Of a DNA stretch of 64,000 bases, positions 53,736-64,000 are shown one piece after another. Source of the DNA: Eledone cirrhosa (taxonomy: Eukaryota); contig OZ024743.1 of assembly GCA_964016885.1 (NCBI GenBank), positions 51,584,001 through 51,648,000 on the forward strand, written 5' to 3'. How positions within the stretch are numbered: the stretch's first letter is position 1; every line of letters begins with the position of its first letter. The translations under genes and the position numbers were made by a program. Below the pieces are notes generated by a model. It saw only the letters and a list, made by a program, of their open reading frames with translations, was not told the origin of the DNA and did no database searches.

Positions 53736-55102
53736 CATCGATATCAATGTCATTTTAAATGGATCACTGAAAGAAAATCTTGATAGCATGCCATAAAGAG
53801 TGACTTCTAACTAAGAAATATGTTGGTTGTTAGCCATCACCATCATAGAACCACCAAGCCATCACCATCATAGAACCACCATCTAAAATAAGTGAACTAA
53901 TGTTTGTAGCTGGTGAAATTCATGCTGTCCTTGTTAAACTTGTTTTTTTAAGGATAAATGGATCCGCAACTCTGCTAACGAATGGACAAACAAGGTGATG
54001 TGACTTAGTTATTAACTAGATTACACTGACAAAATTATTGGCCATCCCTGCCTTATGTATTATATATATATATATACATACATGTGTATATATATATACT
54101 TTATATAGACATTTATTGACCCTGCTTTATTATCTTTTATACTACATCAATCAAGCTAATTTATTTGACACTCTCATTTCTTTTTATATACAATACAATA
54201 GTGATATACATACACATCTATATATATTACATATATACATATAAATATATCTCTATGGACGTTAAACGATGATGATATATGTACATGTCTATATATGTAT
54301 ATATTACATACATGCAATACATACATATATGTATATTACTTTTAGTAAATTATTGACCCACCATTATTTATTTTTATATACAATACTGACATTGTGTGTG
54401 TGTATATATATATTATACCTAGCAAAATATTGGCTTTCCTTCACTTCTTTTTATACACAATACTTGCATGTGTGTGTGTATGAATAATACTGACATGTGT
54501 GTGAGTATGAATAATACTCACATACATGTGTGTGTGAGTATGAACAATACTCACACACACGTGTGTGAGTATGAATTATCACTTGGCTACTCTTAATGAC
54601 CATGTTATGTTTTGGTTGTTTTAAAATAATTATTTCATGCTTGTAAGAGTTTGGCAAAGATGCAACAAATTTAGTTACCAAGACAGTGTTTCCGTTGGAT
54701 CTTTACATATTTCTTTATTCTGATAATTCATTTAATATAAAACTTGATAACTTGACATACCTATAGTTTCTATCACTTGTCAGATGACATTAATCCTTTT
54801 AAGATGACCCGAGCTAAAACTAGCTCCAGTTCTATGAAACAAAATCACCCATTTTAAAGGGGTCTTGTATAAATTAAGATTTTTCAACATAATTTTATAT
54901 CAGAGCAATATGTTACGTTACTATCTTAGCAATGAAATAATCAATAATTTTACTAAATCCTTCAAGATTGTTCCATAATTAATTGAAAGATGTGCATCAT
55001 TAGAAATATTATGAAAGGATTAAAAAAGTATCTTAAGATATATTATGACTAAGTCATTAAAGTGGAACCTAAACCTTAGGTGCGGCTGTGTGTATATGTG
55101 TA

Positions 55103-55133
<31 letters not shown>

Positions 55134-55493
55134 TATTTTGAAACGGTCAATAAACAAGATGGTTATTGAAGAAGGGCCATGTGATTATACATACTCAGAC
55201 ACATTTATAATTAAGGGTGGTTTTCCAAAGGGGATCAGAAAGAAACCACAATTAAATAAAGTACTCATTATATTAGTAAAGAACATACATATAGAAATGA
55301 CATGTACAGGACTAAAACTGTTTCATTCCTAGATTGATTTCACACACACAAGACTGTGGCTGAGATTCAATCTTTCATTTCCTATCTGAAAGGGCTGTGT
55401 ATCTCTACAAACCCCCAAGATACTATGTCGGAGTTTACAAATTATATATATATATAACTTTTAAACCCCAACATAGTATATATATATATATCT

Positions 55494-55825
55494 AGGAGGC
55501 ACATGGCTTAGTGGTTAGAGCCTTGCAATCGAAAGGTTGTGAGTTCAATTCTCAGACCGGGCGATGTGTTGTTTCCTTGAGCAAGACACTTTATTTCACA
55601 TTGCTCCAGTTTACTCAGCTGTAGAAATGAGATGATGGGGACTGGGGTCTCTATTATTCCACTGTAAAGTGGACGTGTAGGTGCCACGGCAAAAAAGCAC
55701 CCAGCACTCACTGTAAATGAGGTTGGTGTTAGGAAGGGCATCCAGCTGTAGAAATCAAGCCAGCATCAGTTCCCATCCCACCCTTGCAAGCAGGGAAAAG
55801 CGGACGTAAAATGAAATGAAATGAA
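55494..55825 (+). mobile_element. Same SINE family
   Basis: Homologous to 39760-40097. Its first ~18 nt also appear at 33983-34000, just before the gap. Confidence 0.85.
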
Positions 55826-55872
55826 TATATATATATATTTATATGTGCAAAAAACATTATATATATATATAT

Positions 55873-56670
55873 ATGCAAAAGACATCGACGATTGTATCGG
55901 CGCCACCTCTCTCCATCAACAGTTTGACTCCTTTCTTTCTTTTGCCCAGTCTTTCCATCCTGCCCTCATCTTCACCACCTCTGTCTCCAACTCTTCAGTC
56001 CAATTTCTTGACCACTTTATTGACCACTCACCACACTCTCTACCTCCATCTTCTATAAACCCACTGATTCCCACTCCTACTTCGTCTTCATCTCCTCCCA
56101 CCCACACCAAACTTTCCATACTCTAATCCCAATATTCCCTGTCTTCGTCGCATCTGTAGCTAAGTCCACGATTTCAAGACACAGTCACTTCATATGGTCT
56201 CCCGCTTCATCCAGCATAGATATCTCCCCACCCTGATCCATGCTGCTCCGACCATATCACAGCCCTCCCCCCATCTTCCTTTCCCCAATCACCTTACTTC
56301 TCTGGCGACATATTCTCTGTTCTTTCCGCACCTTCTCTTCTCACCCACTCACTTGCCTTTTTTTTTCAAACCCACCTATCACAGCCTTCAAGCACACCTG
56401 TAATCTCTGTGACCTCCCGGTACGTAGTTCCTTCCTCTCCTAGGACGCTACCTGGCTCTCGTTCCTGTTCTCGTCCCTGCTGTAACATCTGCCCTTTCAT
56501 TTCCAACCTTGCCACTAACAGTTCATTCCATATCCTCCACTCCTTCATCTGCACCTCCATCCACGTTGTCTATGCCCTCCGGTGTTCTCTTTGCGGGTCC
56601 TTATACATCGGACAACTGGGACACCATTTGGCGGACCATAATGCTGAACAACTGAGTGGCATATGACTCG
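55873..56670 (+). mobile_element. Decayed Penelope-like element: RT C-terminus, Cys-rich linker and GIY-YIG endonuclease start
   Basis: DIDDCIGA...SFHPALIFT...SVQFLD, YKPTDSHSY and RRICS in other frames, then CSRPCCNICP...SFICTSIHVVYALRCSLCGSLYIGQ (VVY...YIG). Confidence 0.85.
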
Positions 56671-56785
56671 CTATGGATATATATATATATATGCATGTAT
56701 GCCTGGAGAGGGATGGGCTTTGCCAGGCTTAAAATGCACAAGAAACACCGTATGTGAATACACAACCTCTATGACTCTATCATAC

Positions 56786-56824
<39 letters not shown>

Positions 56825-56965
56825 CTTTGTGTGATATAATACAGATTTTTCCATTCCATTCTGGATATTGCTGGCATAGCTCTATTTACTGTAATTGATT
56901 TTGTATTTCTTATTGGACATTCACAGTGAGAACTGCCTTGTTTTAGGTGAATTGACATATGTATC

Positions 56966-57018
<53 letters not shown>

Positions 57019-57699
57019 CACTTAAATACATAGATAGTAACATTTATACTTCCATACAAACATACATAAACGTATATATATATATATGTATGTTTGTGTA
57101 TAATGTGTAAATATTTATACACATAGATATTATATATGTATATAAATTTGATTCAAAATAGGTAGATCATATTCCTGTATGTCATGAGATGCAATGAAAT
57201 AGGTTGGTGCCTGGAAATGTATCTGGCTGTAAAACATTGCCTAAAAAAGAACCTCATGAAGCCATGATGCCTACCAAAGGATCTGCAAAGTAGCTCCTGT
57301 TTTAGCAGGGAAAATGGCCTTAAACACCTGTTGGTGTCTATGTATAATACACATGAAATAATTTTGATTTTCCCTTTTCCTAATTCAATTAATATCTTCA
57401 TTTCTTCTGCTTTCTATCCGTTTTGCTGAAGTATTTAAATCTTGTCAGCTTCTTTTCTAATTTTTTTCTCCCTATTTTTCTATAATCTTGCTTTTAACAT
57501 TTTGACCTACTTGCTAATCAGTTAAACACATACTAACTCCATTTAATTAATTAAATATATTGCAGTTTAATTAAATTGACTTTCCGGCTTTCTATAAAAT
57601 ATATCTGCATGCATTCTTATTAAGAGCCATGTCGGGGGAAACACTGCTGAGTAGGGGTGACAAAAGGACTTAGTCTGAATTACTGTTATAGTAATATAT

Positions 57700-57960
57700 A
57701 CTTATTCCTGTTACTGGTTTCAGTTATTTGACTGCAGCCATTCTAAGGCACTGCCTTATGTTATTCCTATGGCCATGCTGGATCTCCATATTCTTTTATT
57801 CTTTTACTAGTTTCAGCCATTAGATTGTGGCCATGCTGGGGCACCACCTTAAAGGGATTCAGTCAATGATATTGACTTCAGCACTATCTTTTTCAAGTTG
57901 TGTAATTAATTTATCGATCTCTTTTTGTTGACCTGCTAAGTTATGGGACATAAATGCAGA
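57700..57960 (-). mobile_element. Degenerate SINE-like fragments
   Basis: Repeated 'tact.gtttcag...tg.ggccatgctgg.gcac.gcctta' segments and a 'ttatcga' motif complementary to the 58.8 kb SINE core. Confidence 0.4.
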
Positions 57961-58249
57961 CAAACAAAAAGACAGACCTGGGAACACACACACACCACAC
58001 ACTGCCCACAACAGGACAACCCGTCTAACCCATGCTAGCGTGGAAGAACGGATGTAAAACGATGATGATGATGATATATATATATGTGTGTGTGTGTTAG
58101 GTAATTCCGAAGGAAAAGCAAAGGAAAAAAGAGTGCTCTATGTATAGATCCAGACGTATATTATTATTATCTGGGATCCAGAAACCTTTGGTAAAGGAGT
58201 AGTTATATTTTGTGTTGTTCACTTTCTAATTAAATATATATATATATAC

Positions 58250-58290
<41 letters not shown>

Positions 58291-58737
58291 GCTGTAGAAA
58301 CTATACCAAAGAGGGAATTAATAAGCAAGACATGAACCCCCAACCTGTCTCAGACTGTGAAAACGGAAAATGAACATAAAATGATGATATATATATATAT
58401 ATATATATGTGTGTTGGACACACAAGAAGGACATGTTTTTTTGCCTGCAACATATCACATAATCAGATTTTCATCTGAAATTATTGTTCCCATAGCAACA
58501 AATGCATATGTTACATCTTGGATTTCATAAGGGAATCATCGAAATAATTATAATGAATAAGCGACTTATCAACATTTTTTAAATGTTATTCTTATACTGA
58601 ATCTCCATCATAACTACACACTACGAATGTAGAGAGCTTTCTCCGGCTTACTCCTGTTTTTTACCAAAACAACTTTTACTGAACACACACGCACACATAC
58701 ATATATATATATATCATTAATAATTAGGAAGTTATTG

Positions 58738-58922
58738 GGTGGTGGATTGGCAGTATCAGTAGAAGGTCGACGCCATGCCTTGAAGCATAGAGTTACTTCC
58801 CTTTATCAGCTGAGTTCAAATCCTGCCGAGGTTAACTTTGCCTTTCATCCTTACGGGGTCGATAAAATAAGGTACCAATAACACACTGGGATAATTGCTG
58901 GCCTTGTGCCAAAAGTAGAAAC
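58738..58922 (+). mobile_element. Second SINE family (B box plus 'gcctttcatcctt.cggggtcgataaaat' central domain)
   Basis: gagttcaaatcc B box. Flanked by the direct repeat 'attaataattaggaagtta' (probable TSD). An older copy lies at ~9885-9950. Confidence 0.7.
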
Positions 58923-59526
58923 AATTAATAATTAGGAAGTTAATCATGTCACTAAATCCCTCCAATTTCCTGATTATTTGAAAACCCTAGTGTATTTCAT
59001 GAGAAATGTGGTATCAAAAAGGTTAATATTGTTTAATGAAAATGAGGTTTAATTAGAATGAGTAACAATTGTACTTAAGGTCAAATTAACAACTTGCTTT
59101 ATTATATGGGGAGGGGGGGGAGGTTGATGTTATATGCTGGATGTTTATAGTGGGTGGGGTATGTGAACTGCTTGTTATAAAACCTCTTTAGCCTCTCTAC
59201 AAAACACACCTTCCTTGCTTTCTACTTAACTATTAACAGCTTTTTCTTCATGTTCCTTTCTCTTATTAATTATTATTATATTGTTACACGTAAGCCATTG
59301 TTTTACAGCTGGAAGCCAAATCAAAACAAACAATGAAACTCCATAACATGTTGAATTTTTATTGTATTATAGTATCATTATGTTGTTATAAATAGCAAAT
59401 TAAATAACATATACACATGCTAGGTGTGTGTGTATATATATGTGTGTGTGTGTGTGTGAAAGTATGTATATATTACAATTTTCTTCATTTTAAATTGACT
59501 TTACAATTCTGGCATTGGTTTATATA

Positions 59527-60495
59527 TCATCATCATCATTTTACGCCCGCTTTTCCTTGCTTGCAAGGGTGGGACAGATCCTTTTCAGCAAATCTCCACT
59601 TGTCACGGTCCTTCGTCATCTCTTCCGTGAGCTTCAGCAATCTGAGGTCAGCTTTCACCACCTCCGCCCATACTTTTTGTGGTCTTCCTCTACTGCGTCT
59701 TCCTTCCACTGGGATTTCTTGGCACTTTTTCACCCAGCAGTCATCTTCCATGCGCATCACATGTCCATACCAACACAGTCTTCTCTCCTGCACACTACAG
59801 CCTATCCCCTCTTATACACAATTTCTCTCTCAACTCATCTATGCTTGGTCATTCATGCACATTGACATTGCACATCCATCGGAGCATGCTTGTCTCATTT
59901 CTCTCCAGCCGTTGCATATCCTCTGCAGTTGCTGTCCATGTCTCACTACCATGCAGCATCGCGTATCTCACACAGGTATCATATAACCAACCGTTTTGTT
60001 CATAGGGAGAAACCCTTCTTTGTCAACAGAGGAAGCAGCTCCCTAAACTTTTTCCATCCTGTCCTTATTCTAGATACTATGGCCTCGGAGCATCCTCCTC
60101 CTTTGCTAATCTGATCACCTAGGTACCAGAAGATATCAACCAGGTGATGCTATTAAGTTAGACATAGCCCCGGCCAATACTGGCCAAAACCTATCAAAGT
60201 TACCAAAGTTAACCACCTCTATAGATCCTAACTGCATTTGAAAAACGTGCCTATCATTGTCAAATTTCCCTGAACATCTACTACATATGAAGTTTTCCTT
60301 TCCTGTTAGTTTGCCTGCTGTCCCACTACACCTCTTGTGTACCCAAGATCTACATTGTGTTGAGTTTATGCCAACTCATTTTTCTACATATGGAACATGG
60401 CCATTTCCCTGATGGAATCAGAGTTTTGTCCTCTTTACTACTTATCAACACTTTAGTCTTTGCTAGGTTCACTCTCAGTCCTCTTGATTCCAGCA
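59527..60495 (-). mobile_element. Older RTE LINE 3' fragment
   Basis: QERRLCWYGHVMRMEDDCWVKKC...RGRPQKVW. A PHD-like remnant lies near 60280-60400. Confidence 0.85.
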
Positions 60496-60940
60496 GTTTC
60501 AGCTTGTGTATTCAGCTAGCCTTTTCATATATATACTCTTTCTGTCACACACATACAGAGTTAGAAAGAGGTGCAGTGGCAGATAGACAAGAATTCTGAT
60601 AGACAATACTGATTTCTTGTATGAAATTGTTTTAAAATATTTGCTTGATTCCTAGTCTTTGACTGTAACAACCCATCAAACCCATGTCAACATGGAAAGC
60701 TGATGTTAAATGATGATAAGGATGGGGATGAATTTTAAATGAAATGTTTAGAATGATTTTGACTGATCATAACATTTGTGACAAACTAAATGTCAATATT
60801 AAATTAAATCTAGATTAATTAGTCCCAAATCTAAATTAGTTTCTTTAATTGTTTTTTCTACAAATGTTTATTTTTAAATGTATTTCCATGTTATTCCTTG
60901 TGACATTTTTCTCTCTAATTTCTCTATTTGTGCCTAACAG

Positions 60941-61076
60941 AAGGAAAGTGTAGTTATCCGAAAAGCTTTGTCTCTCGGAAACGACAGACCCTCATCTGGT
61001 TTTGTAGCTGACAAATCCTTGGGTTACGTCATCGTGTCTGTGATATTTCGTCCTGTTCCATCAGTGGCAATATCTG
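60941..61076 (+). CDS. Exon G: last strand of C2 domain plus linker
   Basis: Pyrimidine tract plus ctaacag acceptor, G|gtaagt donor. Reads KESVVIRKALSLGNDRPSSGFVADKSLGYVIVSVIFRPVPSVAIS ('G.V.VSV.F.P' C2 terminal strand). Phase 0 start fits exon F. Confidence 0.85.
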
Positions 61077-61423
61077 GTAAGTTATCCATTCAGTTTTATA
61101 AGTGTTGGGTGGCTTTACATTGCTGTTGTTGTTAACCTTTTTGTTATCAAACCACTCCTCTCATTCTGTAAAATCTCCCAGATTCCATACTAAACATATT
61201 ATGCAATCCTTCTCTGCTTTTCCAGAAGTAAACCTCACTGGAAATCCATCTCTGCCCATATTTTCCCATTCAATCACCACTCTGCTGAAATTCAAACTCA
61301 CACATCAACCATTTTAACTCTTGTATTATTAAACTGCCTGTAACTTGTGCTGGTTCTATGGTACAAAGCTGTTTGTTTTAGAGCGTTTATATTTGATTAA
61401 ACTTACATCATTATATTGTTCAA

Positions 61424-61499
<76 letters not shown>

Positions 61500-61503
<4 letters not shown>

Positions 61504-63220
61504 GGCACAACTGTATAATCATAAAATACTACAAGGGTAAAGGTGATGCTCTAGAAAGGAGCAGCTACAGAGGAATAAAACTAATGGAGCAAGTTATGAA
61601 AGTGACAGGAAGAGTTCTTGCGCAACAAATTAGGCAAAGAGTCAAATTAGATGTGATGCAGTTCGGAATAAGTCGTTATATTCAGTTTTTTTTTATCTAG
61701 AAAAGTCCTTTGACAGAGTACCTCGATCTATTATCTGGTGGTCATTAAGGAGTCAAACTAGTAACCTACATAGTCAATCAGCTGGAGTCATACCCAATGA
61801 CTGGTGTAGGGGATGCTCTAGAAATGAGCAACTATAGAGGAATAAAACTAATAGAACAAGTAATGAAAGTGACGAAAAGAATATTAGCACAACTAATTAG
61901 GGAAAAAGTCAAATTAGATTTAATGCAGTTCGGTTTCATGTCTGGGAAAAGTATTATACTCTTTCTAGTCAGTTAACTATAAGAGAAGTTCCTAGCCAAG
62001 AATAATCTACTATATTTAGCTTTTGTTGATCTAGAAAATGCCTTTGACAGAGTACCTTGATCTATTATCTGGTGGTCCTTAAGGAAATTAGTTGTAGGCT
62101 TGTGAGAGCAGTGCAAGCCATGTACAGAAGAGCTGTTAGTAAAGTGAGAATAGGAAGTGAGTTTAGTGAGAAATTCAAGGGACAGGTAGGAGTTCATTAA
62201 GGTTTGGTCCTTAGCTCACTGCTGTTCATCATAGTTCTCCAGGCCATAACGGAGGAGTTTAAAACTAGCTATCCATGGGAACTTCTCTATGTGGATGATT
62301 TGGTCCTTATAGCTGAATCCATAAAAGAACTAGAGAATAAGTTGCAACTATGGAAACAGAATTTGGAATCAAAAAGGTTTGAAAGTAAATTTAGCCAAAA
62401 CTAAAGTGCTAGTAAGTAGGAAAGAAGATAGGACCCTAATTCCTTCAGGGAAGTGGCCCTGCTCAATATGTAGAAAAGGAATAGGCATAAACTTTATACA
62501 ATGTACACCATGTAAATCTTTGGTACACAAGAGGTGTAGTGGCATAACAGGTTGACTAACAAGAAGTCAAGACTTTGTATGTAGAAGATGCACAGGGGTA
62601 ATCAAGGGGAACAGCGTCAGTGATATAAACCTCTTCCAATTCCATGAAGGATCTCTAGAAATGATTGATAGCTTCTGCTTTCTAGGTGACCTAATTAGCA
62701 GCGGAGGAGGGTGCTTTGAGAGCATAATAGCTAGGATAAAGATAGAATGGAAAAAGTTTAGAGAGGTACTCCTCTGTTGACAAAAAAAGGTTTCTCCCTA
62801 GATACAAAAGGATGGCTGTGTGATGCTGCATGGTAGTGAAAACATGGGCAGTGACTGCAGAGTCATTCATAGGTTGGAGAGAAATTAAACAACCATGCTT
62901 CATTGGATGTGCAATGTAAGTGTGGGGGAAAGGCAGTGCCTGGATGAACTGAGGGAGAAGCTGGCTTTAAGAGGAATCTAAGGTGGTGTGCAAGAGAGAA
63001 GACTGTATTGGTGAAGAAGTGCCAGGAAATGCCAGTGGAAGGAAGCCACATTGAACAAAAGAAGACAGAGGTGGTGAGAGATGATCTCAAATCACTGAGA
63101 CACAGAGGATATGATGAAGGAATGCGATGAATGGAGAAATGGTGTGCTAAAAAGGACCCATCCAACCCATGCGAGTGTGGTAAAATGGAAGTAAATTGAT
63201 AATTATGATGATGATGATTA
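61500..63220 (+). mobile_element. Degraded RTE LINE fragments (partially duplicated RT start)
   Basis: YKGKGDALERSSYRGIKL occurs twice, plus WELLYVDDL and a decayed PHD-like motif and C-terminus. Confidence 0.85.
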
Positions 63221-63286
63221 TATATATAATCAGCGTTTTAACATCCGCTTTCTCTGCTAGCAAGAGCTGGACTATATCATTTCATC

Positions 63287-63617
63287 ATTTTCATCATTTC
63301 ATTTTACATCCGTTTTTCTCTGCTTGCAAGGGTGGGACGGGAACTGATTCTGGCTTGATTTCTACAGCTGGATGCCCTTTCTAACACCAACCTCATTTAC
63401 AGTGAGGGTGCTTTTTTGCCATGGTACCTCCACAACCACTCTGCAGTGGAATGATAGGGACCCCAGTCCTATCATCTCATTTCTACAGCTGAGTAAACTG
63501 GAGCAATGTGAAATAAAGTGTCTTGCTGAAGGAAAGAACACATCACCCGGTCTGAGAATTGAACTCACAACCTTTCGATTGCAAGGCCAATGCTCTAACC
63601 ACTAAGCCATGTGCCTC
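63287..63617 (-). mobile_element. Same SINE family, minus strand
   Basis: Reverse complement homolog of 39760-40097. Confidence 0.85.
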
Positions 63618-64000
63618 AATAAATATATATATATATATATATATACGGGGTAACAAATAATAGTTATATGCAGTCCACTTAGGTGGTATTCCGGGTAGTG
63701 GATGATATCAACGCTTGGCTTGGTTTGACTCAACAAGGCGTTTTCATAGTGATGTTGCGAGTATGCTGTAATTCCTATGTTGTAAACACTTGGAGTAATA
63801 ATAAATCAGGAAAGAAGATTGATATGGTTTGCTATACAAAAAAGGTTTTTAATCTCATTGCTGACAATTGTTTCTCTGAACTGGTAGGTCTAGAGATCGC
63901 TATTCGTTTGTTTTCACGTTACTCGATCGCCAATACAAAATTATAACCAGTCAGTTCTTCGGAGCATGCGAGAATGAAGAGGATATACAGGCATGAAAGG

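Noticed and set aside
57250-57340. Another hammerhead-like arrangement (ctcatga-agccat...atggcc-ttaaac)
   Set aside because: Both core boxes are mutated; too degenerate to support.
63645-64000. Unique-looking sequence at the window end with ORF 63683-63946
   Set aside because: No recognisable motif or convincing splice signals, and it is truncated by the window edge.

Overview
Eukaryotic, AT-rich, repeat-dense DNA. The RTE LINEs with (GAT)n tails, CORE-type tRNA SINEs and huge (TA)n arrays suggest an Octopus or other coleoid cephalopod genome (inference). The whole window appears to be inside one + strand host gene that the ORF track misses. I read seven short, phase-compatible GT-AG exons (5126-5259, 7240-7337, 9669-9787, 25819-25925, 27136-27219, 28053-28142, 60941-61076) encoding tandem C2 domains, the second with all five Ca2+-binding aspartates. 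The introns contain: (i) many copies of an RTE-clade LINE that carries a PHD-finger-like C4HC3 motif inside its RT and sits in (TA)n tracts; (ii) CR1-type LINE fragments, SINEs and piggyBac-type MITEs; (iii) mini- and microsatellites; (iv) a decayed Penelope-like (RT + GIY-YIG) element; (v) several small Penelope-like terminal-repeat pieces with hammerhead-ribozyme motifs, some of them perfect fold-back hairpins that turn exactly at ribozyme landmarks. About 16 kb left of the 200-N gap (34001-34200) reappears to its right. This is most likely a second haplotype, differing by a 52-bp VNTR length and by a ~5.4 kb deletion caused by recombination between two LINE copies.
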